Shown: positions 19,731 through 30,467, counted from the stretch's first letter. The stretch: 48,846 nucleotides of DNA from Nitrospiraceae bacterium (GCA_037442105.1 JBBIQV010000020.1:1-48846); one strand, 5' to 3'. Numbers and translations: made by a program. Notes: a model not told the origin generated them from the letters alone.

Positions 19731-21638
19731 ATGGAACTCATTCAGCCGGTAGCGGCAACCCAAATCCGGGATCGGTCCCAGAAACGGACCCTGTTGTTGG
19801 TCGATCCGTACCCGCGGAACAATCGTTACCATTTGACCGCCTCGGAGCGACGGGCCGTCTGGTTTCCTAAACTCAGTCTTCCGGTCATTGCCGCGTATAC
19901 GCCGGAATACTGGCAGGTCGATTTGGTCGATGAAGCGGTTCAGGACATCGACTTCGATCATCCCTGCGACCTGGTCGGCCTCTCTGTCATGACCTGTTAC
20001 GCGCCGCGTGCGTACGAGATTGCCGCGGAGTTTCGCAAGCGTGGCAAGACCGTGGTGCTGGGAGGTGTGCATCCGACCTACTGTCCCGAAGAAGCCTTGC
20101 AGTATTGCGACGCGGTCGTTTGCGGGGAAGCCGAAGATCTCTGGCCCGAAGCCGTTGCCGATTTCGAGGCCGGAGCGCTGAAGCGTATGTACAAGATGGA
20201 CGCATTCCCTTCCTTGGAGAACTACCGGAGCCCACGAGTGGAACTGCTGAGTCCTGACGCGTACATGACCCGGCAGTGCAGTTTCACCACGCGGGGATGT
20301 CACTTCGATTGCGAGTTTTGCAGCGTGTCGCCATTCAACGGCAAGACGACCAGGCGGCGACCCGTCCAGGAGGTGGTGAAGGAATTGCAGCAGGTCCAAC
20401 GGTGGATCCGGAGCGAGCTGGTCGAGCGGCTGCGGAACGATTCCCTCTGGCGAGCCTTCATCACCGGGCTGCGCATTCGGATCGGCATCGAAGATGGGAC
20501 GATCTTCGCGTTCGTGGACGACCTGCACAACAGTAACCGAGCCTATTGTCGGGAACTCTGGACGGCGCTCAAGCCGCTGAAGATCAAGTGGGGCTGCCAG
20601 TCTACGTTGTTCCTGGGGGACGACGAAGAGATGGTGAAGCTGGCAGCGGAAAGCGGGTGCGTGTCCGTGTTCGTGGGCATGGAATCGCTCGATGAAGACT
20701 GTCTTGAGGAAACCAACAAGCCGTTCAATCGCGTCCAGAAGTTCTCGCAAGAGATCAAGATGTTCCATGATTACGGGATTATGGTGAATCCGGGCATCGT
20801 CTTCGGGTTCGACAACGATGATGAAGCCGTGTTCGAGCGGGCGGTGGAGTTCTTGGTCAAGAACCAGGTTGAGCTGGCCTATTTCAACGTGCTCACGCCG
20901 CTGCCGGGCACCGCGCTGTTCGACCGCTACAACAGCGCGGGGCGTATCTTCGATCGGGACTGGTCGAAGTATGACGGGAAACACGTGGTGTTCCAGCCCA
21001 GCCGGATGACGCCCGAGCAACTGCAGGAAGGATTCTACTGGGCCAACCATCAATTCTATTCCTGGCCGTCGATTTGGCATCGGTTGTCCGGCACGAAACA
21101 GCGGTTTATCCCGCGGTTGGAGATGAATCGCCAGTTCCGTAAGCTTGTGAAGCGATCCTGTCCGCAGGGCAGGCTCTCGCCGGTGGCGAAGGTGTTGAAG
21201 ACCCTGCAAGCGAAATTGCCGGCCATCGATCGAGAGCAGTTGATTCCCAATGCGCTGTATGCGATCAAGCAGAAGTTGGCCACCACGACGCCTGCTCAGG
21301 AGCTCTGGCTGAATATTAAAGCCAAGCGCCATGACCGGTTTGCTGCCCTGTTTATCGATCTGGAGGGCACACTGGATCATTTCAACGCGCAGGAGCTGCT
21401 CGCTCGCATTCGCGAGGCGGCTGAAAAGGCGCGGATGGATATCATCGTCAATTTCGAGCATCTGAAACACGCCACGCCTGAAGCCCTGCGCGCGCTCGTC
21501 GAGGGTGACGCGCTCAAGTCGGTGATGCCCTATGCCAAGATTCGCTACCGCAAGTTTCAGGAGGCATTCGCCCAGGCGCTCCAAGGGCTCTCGGTGAGGG
21601 GACTCGACCTCTTGTGTGAGGATCCCCAAGATGCATGA
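19731..21638 (+). CDS. Cobalamin-binding radical SAM protein with C-terminal STAS-like extension
   Basis: B12-binding N-terminus (VLGGVHPT, VCGEAE), TRGCHFDCEFC CxxxCxxC, LTPLPGT; C-terminal IDLEGTLD...IIVNFEHL segment. Confidence 0.88.
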   Translation: MELIQPVAATQIRDRSQKRTLLLVDPYPRNNRYHLTASERRAVWFPKLSLPVIAAYTPEYWQVDLVDEAVQDIDFDHPCDLVGLSVMTCYAPRAYEIAAEFRKRGKTVVLGGVHPTYCPEEALQYCDAVVCGEAEDLWPEAVADFEAGALKRMYKMDAFPSLENYRSPRVELLSPDAYMTRQCSFTTRGCHFDCEFCSVSPFNGKTTRRRPVQEVVKELQQVQRWIRSELVERLRNDSLWRAFITGLRIRIGIEDGTIFAFVDDLHNSNRAYCRELWTALKPLKIKWGCQSTLFLGDDEEMVKLAAESGCVSVFVGMESLDEDCLEETNKPFNRVQKFSQEIKMFHDYGIMVNPGIVFGFDNDDEAVFERAVEFLVKNQVELAYFNVLTPLPGTALFDRYNSAGRIFDRDWSKYDGKHVVFQPSRMTPEQLQEGFYWANHQFYSWPSIWHRLSGTKQRFIPRLEMNRQFRKLVKRSCPQGRLSPVAKVLKTLQAKLPAIDREQLIPNALYAIKQKLATTTPAQELWLNIKAKRHDRFAALFIDLEGTLDHFNAQELLARIREAAEKARMDIIVNFEHLKHATPEALRALVEGDALKSVMPYAKIRYRKFQEAFAQALQGLSVRGLDLLCEDPQDA

Positions 21639-22893
21639 TTTTCAGTACCGTGAAGGCGAGCTCTACTGCGAGGATGTGCCGGTCAGCCGGATTGCGAAGG
21701 AAGTGGGCACGCCCTGCTACATTTACAGCCACGCCACGTTGGTCCGACACTTTCATGCGTACGATAGTGCGTTCAGCAATGTCCCGCATGTCGTGGCGTT
21801 TGCCATGAAGGCGAATTCGAATCTCGCGATTCTGCGGCTGATGGCCCAAGAAGGAAGCGGCGTCGACATTGTGTCGGGGGGGGAACTCTATCGGGCGCTG
21901 AAGGCGGGAGTGCCGCCTAACAAGATCGTGTTCGCCGGTGTGGGCAAGAACCCGGAGGAAATCCGCAACGCGCTGAGGGCCGACATCTTGATGTTCAATG
22001 TCGAATCGTCGGCGGAGCTGTACACGATCGATGAGGTGGCGGCGTCCATGGGGCGCAAGGCCCGCGTGGCATTGCGCATCAATCCCGACATCGATCCCAA
22101 GACCCATCCGTACATTTCGACGGGATTGAAGAAGAGTAAGTTCGGCATCAGCGCGGATCGGGCGCTCGATGAATTCAAGCTGGCGTCGTCGCTGAAACAT
22201 GTCGAGGTCGTCGGAGTTCATAAGCACATCGGGTCGCAGCTCACGGATGTCACGCCGTTCGTCGAGGCGCTCAAGAAGGTGTTGAAGCTGGTCGAGGCGC
22301 TCAAGTCTTCCGGAATCGATATTCGGTACGTCAATATCGGCGGCGGGTTGGGGATCACCTATTCCGACGAAACACCTCCGCTGCCGCAGGATCTTGCCGA
22401 CGCGATCTCGCCGTTGGTCCACGACCTGAAGTGCGTGTTGATCATGGAGCCGGGCCGCGTGATCGTGGGCAACGCCGGGATCTTGGTGACGCGGGTGCTC
22501 TACACAAAGGAAGGCGAGGCCAAGCGTTTCATGATTGTGGATGCCGCCATGAACGACCTGATTCGCCCCAGCCTGTACGGCGCCTACCATGAGATTCAAC
22601 CCGTCCGGGAGTCGTCGGTACGTGCCCCCAAGAAAACGGTGGATGTGGTCGGGCCGGTCTGTGAATCCGGGGATTTCTTGGCCAAGGACCGGGACATGCC
22701 CGAGGCCAAGGCGGGCGATCTGCTCGCCGTCATGAGCGCCGGCGCGTACGGTTTCGTGATGTCATCCAATTACAATTCTCGCCCTCGTGTGCCGGAGGTA
22801 TTGGTCAAGGAGGGGGAGATGCACGTGATCCGGACGCGAGAATCCTACGAAGACTTGGTGCGCGGCGAGAGCATTCCCGCCTTTCTTGGCTGA
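21631..22893 (+). CDS. lysA: Diaminopimelate decarboxylase
   Basis: AMKANSN, SKFG, HIGSQ, GGGLG, EPGR, GPVCESGD, AGAYG..MSSNYNSRPR. Confidence 0.97.
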   Translation: MHDFQYREGELYCEDVPVSRIAKEVGTPCYIYSHATLVRHFHAYDSAFSNVPHVVAFAMKANSNLAILRLMAQEGSGVDIVSGGELYRALKAGVPPNKIVFAGVGKNPEEIRNALRADILMFNVESSAELYTIDEVAASMGRKARVALRINPDIDPKTHPYISTGLKKSKFGISADRALDEFKLASSLKHVEVVGVHKHIGSQLTDVTPFVEALKKVLKLVEALKSSGIDIRYVNIGGGLGITYSDETPPLPQDLADAISPLVHDLKCVLIMEPGRVIVGNAGILVTRVLYTKEGEAKRFMIVDAAMNDLIRPSLYGAYHEIQPVRESSVRAPKKTVDVVGPVCESGDFLAKDRDMPEAKAGDLLAVMSAGAYGFVMSSNYNSRPRVPEVLVKEGEMHVIRTRESYEDLVRGESIPAFLG

Positions 22894-22968
22894 TGGCCGG
22901 GTGATACCCTGGCGTCGTCGGGAGGATCGGGGGCGGTACATGTCCCTGGGGTCCCAAGAGGAGCATAT

Positions 22969-23841
22969 ATGTTTACTGGCTCGCTGGTTGCGATCGTGAC
23001 CCCCTTCAAGAACGGGCGGGTCGATGAACGCACCTTGGGTGATTTGATCGAATGGCAGATCGCCAACGGCACGCACGGGATTGTCCCCTGCGGTACGACC
23101 GGGGAATCGGCGACGCTGACCCATGCAGAGCATGGCCGGGTCATCGCCTTCACGGTGGAAGCGGTGAAACGTCGTGTTCCGGTTATCGCCGGGACCGGCT
23201 CGAATAGCACGGACGAGGCGATCGCCCTGACCAAACATGCGAAGGCAGCCGGCGCGGACGGCGCGCTCCTGATCACGCCCTACTACAATAAACCGATGCA
23301 GGAAGGGCTTTTCCGCCATTACAAGGCGGTGGCGGAAGCGGTGGAATTCCCGCTCGTGCTGTACAACATTCCCGGTCGTACCGGCGTCAACATGCTGCCG
23401 GCCACTGTGGCGCGCCTGGCGACATGTCGCAATATCGTGGCGATCAAAGAGGGGAGCGGGTCGGTACAGCAAGCCTCGGAGGTTATTCAGCAGTGCGGTG
23501 ACCGCATCACGGTGTTAGCGGGGGATGATGCGCTCACCTTGCCGATGATGGCGCTGGGGGGAAAAGGGGTCGTGACGGTTACGGCGAACCTTGTACCGGC
23601 CGACATGGCCAAGATGGTCAACGCATTCGCCGCTGGCCGGATGGAGGAAGCGAGACAATGGCACTACAAGCTCTCGCCCCTCTTCGCGGCATTGTTCTTG
23701 GAAACCAATCCCATCCCGGTCAAGACGGCCCTCAGCCTGATGGGAAAGATCGACGGCGAATTGCGTCTACCTCTCTGTGCCATGGCCACCGACACTCAGG
23801 ACAAGCTCGCTCGTGCGATGAAGGACTACGGGCTGATCTAA
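22969..23841 (+). CDS. dapA: 4-hydroxy-tetrahydrodipicolinate synthase
   Basis: GTTGES, PYYNKP, LYNIPGRT, IKE, ETNPIPVK. Confidence 0.97.
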   Translation: MFTGSLVAIVTPFKNGRVDERTLGDLIEWQIANGTHGIVPCGTTGESATLTHAEHGRVIAFTVEAVKRRVPVIAGTGSNSTDEAIALTKHAKAAGADGALLITPYYNKPMQEGLFRHYKAVAEAVEFPLVLYNIPGRTGVNMLPATVARLATCRNIVAIKEGSGSVQQASEVIQQCGDRITVLAGDDALTLPMMALGGKGVVTVTANLVPADMAKMVNAFAAGRMEEARQWHYKLSPLFAALFLETNPIPVKTALSLMGKIDGELRLPLCAMATDTQDKLARAMKDYGLI

Positions 23842-23853
23842 ACGAGGCACCTC

Positions 23854-24657
23854 ATGATCAAGGTGATTATTGCCGGAGCCGCCGGACGTATGGGGTGCCG
23901 GCTCGTCTCGCTTGTCAGGGACTCTACAGCGTTGACACTCTCCGGCGCCGTGGAGAGCAAAGGCCATCACACGTTGGGTGATGATGCCGGGGAAACCGCC
24001 GGTTGCGGGCACGCCGGGATTTCTATCACCGATGATCTCAGTTCCCTCATGGAGCGCGGCGAAGTGGTCATCGATTTTTCGACCCCTGCGTCGACGTTGG
24101 AACACTTACGAACCATCGCGCAATACCGCAGAGCGATGGTGATCGGCACGACGGGCTTTTCTCCTCAAGAATTGGATGAACTCAGAAGTTTGGCGCGCCA
24201 AGTTCCCTGCGTGTTTTCGCCGAATATGAGCGTCGGGGTCAACGTCATCTTCAAGGTGATCGCGGAAATGGCCAAGACGCTCGGTGAAGACTATGATATC
24301 GAGGTAATCGAAGCCCACCATCGCCTGAAGAAAGATGCGCCGAGCGGGACGGCTCTCAAAATGGCGGAGGTGTTGGCGCGAGCGGTCAACCGGGATCTGG
24401 CGCAGGTCGGAGTCTATGCCAGGAAAGGACTGATCGGAGAACGTACGCGCGGCGAGATCGGGATTCAAGCGATCCGCGCCGGTGATATTGTCGGCGATCA
24501 CACCGTGCTTTTTGGCGGTATGGGAGAGCGGATCGAAGTCACGCATCGAGTCCAGAGTCGGGACACGTTCGCGCGCGGTGCGCTACGGGCGGCTCGGTGG
24601 GTGGTCAGGCAGCCCCCTGGTCTCTACGACATGATGGATGTGCTTGGCTTGAAGTAG
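23854..24657 (+). CDS. dapB: 4-hydroxy-tetrahydrodipicolinate reductase
   Basis: GAAGRMG, GTTG, EAHHRLKKDAPSGTA. Confidence 0.97.
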   Translation: MIKVIIAGAAGRMGCRLVSLVRDSTALTLSGAVESKGHHTLGDDAGETAGCGHAGISITDDLSSLMERGEVVIDFSTPASTLEHLRTIAQYRRAMVIGTTGFSPQELDELRSLARQVPCVFSPNMSVGVNVIFKVIAEMAKTLGEDYDIEVIEAHHRLKKDAPSGTALKMAEVLARAVNRDLAQVGVYARKGLIGERTRGEIGIQAIRAGDIVGDHTVLFGGMGERIEVTHRVQSRDTFARGALRAARWVVRQPPGLYDMMDVLGLK

Positions 24658-24687
24658 GGCGGCGCTTCGCGCCCCCCTACTTCAAGC
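24647..24687. terminator. Hairpin between convergent genes, overlapping the dapB stop
   Basis: IR gcttgaagtaggg...ccctacttcaagc. Confidence 0.6.
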
Positions 24688-24719
24688 TTGTCGGATATCC
24701 CGCTCGAACAGGTGTCCTC

Positions 24720-24947
24720 TCAGGCGTTGGGGAGCAGGAAGTACATGCCGATTGCAATGAGAGGGGCTGCCACATATGTTACCTTCTTGCCGAATGTGTC
24801 GTACATGCCGTAAATCAGTACGGCGGCGATGAACATGTAATATATCAGGGCAATCCCTCGGTAACTTCCTCCCGCCCCTTCTGCTAAAGCCAGCGACGGA
24901 CCTAAGACCGTAATCATTCCGACCAACGTGCTCACGAGTTGTCTCAT
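24720..24947 (-). CDS. Small membrane protein
   Basis: AAGGAGG RBS; signal/TM segments. Confidence 0.75.
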   Translation of the reverse strand: MRQLVSTLVGMITVLGPSLALAEGAGGSYRGIALIYYMFIAAVLIYGMYDTFGKKVTYVAAPLIAIGMYFLLPNA

Positions 24948-25010
24948 GACCGTATCCTCCTTGCATAGGTGTCAGAACATGCGTGTGACTAGAAAGCGGA
25001 CGCAGGAGGG

Positions 25011-25058
25011 AAAAAAGACGACGCCCTCATAGCCGTGGCGGCCACGAGGGCGTCATCT
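25011..25058 (-). terminator. Rho-independent terminator upstream of the small membrane protein gene
   Basis: Minus strand agatgacgccctc...gagggcgtcgtc followed by TTTTTT. Confidence 0.7.
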
Positions 25059-25241
25059 CGCGCGACAAAGACAGTCAATTGAAGATGCTGGTGTATCTAC
25101 CCCGGTTTCATGTCAATCCTTTGGAGGAGAGGATAGAATCTAGTGCACCATGATCCTACTCTCCGAACGTATTGTCAATCGGTCAGAAATGAGACTTTCG
25201 CGGAGAATCGTCAGGAGCGACTGGGATCGGAAAGAGCGTGC

Positions 25242-25451
25242 TCAGGATAGGATTGGTTCGCAGTCGTGAAGACATCCATCAAGCGCCGTGGCAGTTCCCA
25301 CGCAGTCGAGCGAGCGTGCCAGCATGACTTCCCGGATGCCATGATAGATCGCTTGAGCGCCGTTTGTCCATGCCGGATCGAGCGGCAATCCTTGGAAGGC
25401 CGCTTCGGCAGCTTTGTGCTCGTCGTACGTGAGCCGTGACGATTTTGTCAT
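25242..25451 (-). CDS. Small hypothetical protein
   Basis: 69-aa ORF (LTYDEHKAAEAAFQGLP..PAW) with protein-like composition. Confidence 0.6.
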   Translation of the reverse strand: MTKSSRLTYDEHKAAEAAFQGLPLDPAWTNGAQAIYHGIREVMLARSLDCVGTATALDGCLHDCEPILS

Positions 25452-25806
25452 AGCCGAGGGGTCAATGTCTTGCCGTAATCGGTCGTGGTTGAGCCTCTGC
25501 AACTTTCCGGCGGCCACAGTTCAAGCAGGCCAACACTGTGATCGCTAAGCCGGCATCCAGATCAACCGCTCGCTCCGGCAACATTGTCCCACGGCATTTA
25601 TCACAAATATGCATGCGTTTACGTATAACATCAGCATGACAGCGAAACTATCCGTCTGAAGCACTACCTCTTTTGAAACAAATGTAGGTCGTTCGGACTA
25701 CAGCGTATCTGACAGGGTGCAGGAGGAGCATGTGCCACTCGGTGCCCAGTTCTTGACAGAGAGGCATGCCTTCCATAGGATTGTATAAGTTTAAGCAGGG
25801 ACCACA

Positions 25807-26058
25807 ATGTATAGGTTGTTGCTGATATTGGGCCTCCTTGTGGTGCTGTATTTTCTGATTCGTAGAGCGATCCGGGAGCTCAAAGGCTCCGGAGGGAAAG
25901 GCCAGGTGATCAAGGACCAGAACCAGATGATTCAAGACCCGGTGTGTCATGTGTTCGTGCCGCGCGGATCGGCCGTATCAGAACAGATCGGAGGGCAGAC
26001 GTACTTTTTCTGCAGCCGGAATTGCGCGCAGGCGTTTCAGAAGCAGTTGTCGAGCTAG
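25807..26058 (+). CDS. YHS/TRASH domain membrane-anchored protein
   Basis: N-terminal TM helix, DPVC...YFFCS..C. Confidence 0.85.
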   Translation: MYRLLLILGLLVVLYFLIRRAIRELKGSGGKGQVIKDQNQMIQDPVCHVFVPRGSAVSEQIGGQTYFFCSRNCAQAFQKQLSS

Positions 26059-26366
26059 CAACCAGAGTAACTGTAGTCCGATAACTTCTCTTCCTTATCG
26101 AACTTCAGCGTGATCTGGCACTGGTTAGGTGAGAAATTGAATAAGGGTAGGCCGGACTTGCCACCGGCGATCCGATAGTAGGTCCACGTTTCGCCGCCGA
26201 AGAACCGTGGCGATTTGCCATCAGGAGCGCCCCAGTTCTTTTCGAACCAGGCTTTGTCCTTTCCTTGGAGCTCAGCCGGTTTCAAAGAGGCCTCGAGGTA
26301 AGGGTTGCTGCTACAAGCCGTGACGAGCAAAGCGGAGAACAGAAACATCCATTTCGGTTGTGCCAT
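26055..26366 (-). CDS. Lipoprotein (SmpA/BamE-like fold possible)
   Basis: Lipobox VTAC, WGAP, ETWTYY, LKFD; AGGAG RBS. Confidence 0.75.
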   Translation of the reverse strand: MAQPKWMFLFSALLVTACSSNPYLEASLKPAELQGKDKAWFEKNWGAPDGKSPRFFGGETWTYYRIAGGKSGLPLFNFSPNQCQITLKFDKEEKLSDYSYSGC

Positions 26367-26571
26367 TGATTGGTCTCCTGGGATTGGATTCAGGCCTCAC
26401 GCGGGAAGACCGCTCGCAGGCCGGAATTGACGCAAATTCTAACCCTCAGTAGAACGACTGTCAAACTGCTCGGTTGGCGTCCATCATCGTGACGCAAATT
26501 TTAAGATGTCGCCGAAATCACCGATAAAGTGATCAGGCTCAATGTCGCGATCAACATGAAAGGAACCTACT

Positions 26572-27219
26572 ATGAAGATCTTTCTTGATACCGCCAATGT
26601 AAAGGAGATTCAGGAGGCCGCGAGTTCAGGTCTGGTGGATGGCGTCACGACCAACCCGTCGCTTGTAGCCAAAGAGGGCCGGAGCTTTCGAGATATGTTG
26701 CTCGAAGTGTGCAACATTGTCGATGGCCCGATCAGCGCAGAAGTGGTGAGCGTTGAAGCAGATGCGATGGTGAAAGAGGGACGTGAGCTGGCCAAGATTC
26801 ACAAGAATATTGTAGTGAAGTGTCCGTTGATTCCGGAAGGTCTTAAGGCGACCAAGCGACTGGCCGCAGAGGGGATTCGGGTGAACGTGACTCTCTGCTT
26901 TTCGCCCACGCAGGCGTTGCTGGCAGCGAAGGCGGGAGCCTGGTGCGTGTCTCCATTCATCGGTCGCCTTGACGATGTCAGTTCCAATGGCATGGAATTG
27001 ATCCGCCAGATCGTCACGATCTACCGCAACTACGACTATAAAACACTGGTCTTAGTCGCGAGCGTCCGTCATCCGCAGCACGTCGTGGAAGCCGCGTTAG
27101 CGGGCGGGCATATCTGCACGATGCCGTATGCTGTCTTCCAGCAACTCGTGAAGCATCCGCTCACGGATGTCGGGCTGAAGAAATTTTTGGCCGACTGGGA
27201 AGCGCAAGGCAGGAAGTAA
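26572..27219 (+). CDS. fsa: Transaldolase / fructose-6-phosphate aldolase family
   Basis: [36 protein letters not shown]. Confidence 0.93.
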   Translation: MKIFLDTANVKEIQEAASSGLVDGVTTNPSLVAKEGRSFRDMLLEVCNIVDGPISAEVVSVEADAMVKEGRELAKIHKNIVVKCPLIPEGLKATKRLAAEGIRVNVTLCFSPTQALLAAKAGAWCVSPFIGRLDDVSSNGMELIRQIVTIYRNYDYKTLVLVASVRHPQHVVEAALAGGHICTMPYAVFQQLVKHPLTDVGLKKFLADWEAQGRK

Positions 27220-27907
27220 GCTGACCCTGCTCCAGCAGCTCCCGTGCTTTCCTGAAGACGGCGTGAAACATCGGCTTGGTGAGTTTTCCTGTGAACGTGT
27301 TCTGCTGGCTGGGGTGGTAGGAACCGATGAGCGTGACGCCCCAGGGCAAATCATACACAGCCCGGTGGCGGAACTTCGGGGCTGGTGTCGGGAGGGTGCA
27401 CCCGCGTTCCCGGCAGGCTCTCAGATACTGGTCGAACGCGATCTTGCCCAGCGCCACGACAACCTTCACGCGCCGGAGCAGGTCCAGCTCTTCTCCCACG
27501 AATGGACGACAAGCATCGAACTCATCCGGGAGCGGTTTGTTGGCGGGAGGAGCGCAACGGACCACGGCACCGATATAGCAGTTCGTAAGACGCAACCCAT
27601 CGTTGCGGTGAATAGATTCAGCCTGATTCGCGAATCCAAACCGATGCAATGCCTCATAGAGCCAATCGCCGCTCCGATCGCCGGTGAATATACGACCGGT
27701 TCGATTTCCCCCGTGAGCGGCAGGCGCCAACCCCAAGATGTACAACTGCGCGTTGGGATCCCCAAATCCCGGCACCGGCCGGCCCCAGTAGGTCCAGTCT
27801 TGAAACTGTCGCCGCTTTGCAAGAGCCACGACGCGTCGATACGTGACCAAGCGTGGACATCTGGTACACTCGGTGATGCGAGCATTCAGCAGACGCAGAG
27901 AGGACAT
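27161..27907 (-). CDS. Uracil-DNA glycosylase, family 5 (UdgB-like)
   Basis: [32 protein letters not shown]. Confidence 0.92.
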   Translation of the reverse strand: MSSLRLLNARITECTRCPRLVTYRRVVALAKRRQFQDWTYWGRPVPGFGDPNAQLYILGLAPAAHGGNRTGRIFTGDRSGDWLYEALHRFGFANQAESIHRNDGLRLTNCYIGAVVRCAPPANKPLPDEFDACRPFVGEELDLLRRVKVVVALGKIAFDQYLRACRERGCTLPTPAPKFRHRAVYDLPWGVTLIGSYHPSQQNTFTGKLTKPMFHAVFRKARELLEQGQLTSCLALPSRPKISSARHP

Positions 27908-28007
27908 GCCCGCTAGTCTAACATGAGCAAAGCCTCTGATCATGGTCGATGATACGCGTGGTACCAGTGCTGGTGGACAGGGGCCTCACTCACAGAAAGG
28001 TTTCAGC

Positions 28008-29108
28008 ATGAAAGCACGGTTGATGCTCCTTTTCTTTCTGCCCTGGCTCACGTTGCCGATAACGAGTCATCTCTCGGTCGGAGCGGAATCTATGAACGAT
28101 GCCGGCCCTAGCGCGAAAGACAAGAAGCTGGTCGACACAAGCGGGGCGTCCGTTCCGAATAAGACCAACGGAGGGAACGGCGGAGCGGAATCCGAGCAGG
28201 CTCCGCCTGAGGTGCTCGAAGAGATACCGGAACCGGAGGACCGCCTCGTGATTCTGCCGGAAATTAAGCGCGAGGGTGAACGCTTCTTTTTGAGTTCCTT
28301 CAAGCTGCCGGAGAAGCTGACGTTTGCGGGACAACCGGTGCCGCTCGACAACTGGCAGGTGCGGGAGCGGATCGAATATGAGTTTTATCAATTCCTCGAA
28401 GACCAGGGTGAGAGCATCATTCTTGCCAAACGAACGGGGCGATGTTTTGCGCCGGTCGAGAAACAACTGGCGGAGGCCGGCCTTCCCGATGACCTCAAGT
28501 ACATGCTGCTGGTGGAGAGCAAATGTGTGTCGGCCGCCTACTCCCGTGCAAAGGCCTCAGGGCCGTGGCAATTCATCGGGTCGACCGGGAAGCGGTATCA
28601 CCTCAAGAGCGATCAGTTTCGGGACGAACGCCGCAATCTTGAAATGTCCACGGAGGCGGCGATCAAGTATCTTCGCTACCTGAAGGGGTTCCAGGGAGAT
28701 TGGTTTCTGGCGATGGCATCCTACAATGCGGGAGAAGACCGGATCAGAAAACTGCTGAAGGAACAAAAGATTGCGGACTACTGGAAGATGCATGGGCCGC
28801 GGGAGACCATGCGGTATGTTCCCCGCATCATCGCAGCCAAGGAGATTTACTCGCAGCCCGAAAAGTATCTCGGACTCACGAAGAAAGATTTGTACACGAC
28901 GCTCGAAACGGAAACGGTCACGGTCACCATCAAGGATAGCCAGCGCCAACTCACCTCTATCGCCGAGGAGTTCGGGACGTACTTCCTCGAACTCAAGATG
29001 CTGAACCCCGAGTTCAAAAAAGACTATCTGCCGAAGGGCACCTATCAGCTTAAAGTTCCCCGGCAGACCTGCCCCAACCGCTGCTTCAAGCAAGATAAAA
29101 CACCGTAA
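28008..29108 (+). CDS. Lytic transglycosylase (SLT/MltD family)
   Basis: Signal peptide; VES catalytic Glu, ASGPWQF, SYNAG, ETMRYVPRI. Confidence 0.9.
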   Translation: MKARLMLLFFLPWLTLPITSHLSVGAESMNDAGPSAKDKKLVDTSGASVPNKTNGGNGGAESEQAPPEVLEEIPEPEDRLVILPEIKREGERFFLSSFKLPEKLTFAGQPVPLDNWQVRERIEYEFYQFLEDQGESIILAKRTGRCFAPVEKQLAEAGLPDDLKYMLLVESKCVSAAYSRAKASGPWQFIGSTGKRYHLKSDQFRDERRNLEMSTEAAIKYLRYLKGFQGDWFLAMASYNAGEDRIRKLLKEQKIADYWKMHGPRETMRYVPRIIAAKEIYSQPEKYLGLTKKDLYTTLETETVTVTIKDSQRQLTSIAEEFGTYFLELKMLNPEFKKDYLPKGTYQLKVPRQTCPNRCFKQDKTP

Positions 29109-29121
29109 GTTCCAGCCTCCC

Positions 29122-30459
29122 ATGCGCATCGGTGTGACGCACCCTCGAGCCCGCACGCTGCTTCGTCGGCTGTGCATCGCGGGCCTCAGAGCGGCGGACC
29201 CTGCCCAGGCCGTCTCGCGTTACGTAAGACGAGCGGGTGACGTGTTGCAGATGGGAGGGCGATCGTATGATCTCAACCGCTTCGGCCGTATCTTCGCTGT
29301 GGGTGCCGGGAAAGCCTCGGCTGGGATGGCCCTCACGCTCGAGCGGCTCCTCGGGCGTCGGTTGGAGGGCGGTCTGGTTGTCGTGAAATATGGTCAGGCC
29401 GTGCCAACAAAGCGGATCAAATTCTGTGAAGCCGGTCACCCCGTTCCGGATCAAGCCGGTCAGCGGGCCGGCGCCAGGTTACTGGGCTTCGTGCGCCATC
29501 TCACCGCTGAAGACCTCCTGATCGTGCTTCTGTCAGGCGGTGCATCCAGCCTGCTCCCTGCGCCGGTTCCCGGGGTGACTCTGTCGGACAAGCGACGCAT
29601 CACGCAGCAGTTGTTGAAAAGCGGGGCGGACATTCAGGAGATCAACACGGTCCGAAAACATTTGTCGATGATCAAGGGAGGACGATTGGCCGCTGCGACC
29701 AGGGCGCGAGTCGCGAGCTTGATCCTCTCGGACGTGATCGGCAACGATCTCGGATCGATCGGGTCTGGTCCCACGGCGCCCGATCCCGCAACATATCGAG
29801 AAGCTTGTGCGATTCTGCAACGGTACGAGCTGTGGGACAAAATCCCCAAGGGAGCCAAGCAGCATCTCCACAAGGGTAGACAAGGTCGGATTGCGGAGAC
29901 ACCAAAACCCGGGGACGCAATCTTTCGGCGGGTCCAGAACCACCTGATCGGCGACAATGTCGCGGCCGTCACGGCGGTCGCACAGGAAGCGAGAGAGGCA
30001 GGGCTTGCGACAACCGTACTCTCGACCACGTTGACCGGAGAAGCCAGGGAGATGGCGCGACAGTTTGCCGGCGCCATCCGGGAAATTGTGGATTCGAAGG
30101 CCGCGAGACGGCGGCCCTGCTGCGTGATCGCCGGCGGCGAACTCACGGTCACCGTACGAGGGAAAGGTCGGGGTGGGCGGGCGCAAGAATTTGCGTTGGC
30201 CGCCGCGCTAGAGATCGCAGGACTCGAAAACGTGTGGGTGGCCGGCTTCGCGACCGATGGCGTTGATGGGCCGACAGATGTTGCCGGAGCCGTGGTCGAT
30301 GGCGGGACCGTGGCGCGCGCCAGGCGATTGGGATTGGACCTCCGTCACGCACTGGATCAGAATGACAGTTACGGCATCTTCAAGAAACTGGGGAATCACA
30401 TCGTTACCGGGCCGACCGGGACGAACGTGAACGATCTCTACATACTGCTAGCCTTGTAG
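29122..30459 (+). CDS. Glycerate kinase type 2 (TtuD/MOFRL family)
   Basis: GAGKAS, AGHPVPD, SGGASSL, SDVIG, GGELTV, TGPTGTNVND. Confidence 0.92.
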   Translation: MRIGVTHPRARTLLRRLCIAGLRAADPAQAVSRYVRRAGDVLQMGGRSYDLNRFGRIFAVGAGKASAGMALTLERLLGRRLEGGLVVVKYGQAVPTKRIKFCEAGHPVPDQAGQRAGARLLGFVRHLTAEDLLIVLLSGGASSLLPAPVPGVTLSDKRRITQQLLKSGADIQEINTVRKHLSMIKGGRLAAATRARVASLILSDVIGNDLGSIGSGPTAPDPATYREACAILQRYELWDKIPKGAKQHLHKGRQGRIAETPKPGDAIFRRVQNHLIGDNVAAVTAVAQEAREAGLATTVLSTTLTGEAREMARQFAGAIREIVDSKAARRRPCCVIAGGELTVTVRGKGRGGRAQEFALAAALEIAGLENVWVAGFATDGVDGPTDVAGAVVDGGTVARARRLGLDLRHALDQNDSYGIFKKLGNHIVTGPTGTNVNDLYILLAL

Positions 30460-30467
30460 TTGTCATC

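Noticed and set aside
19665..21629. 654-aa antisense ORF
   Set aside because: Shadow of the radical SAM gene in GC-rich DNA; no motifs
26386..26394. ggattcagg matching the IS1380 terminal repeat
   Set aside because: Only 9 bp, on the wrong side of the IS and in core genome; likely chance
27161..27219. 59-bp convergent overlap of fsa and udg
   Set aside because: Explained by a non-conserved-looking udg tail; common and uninformative
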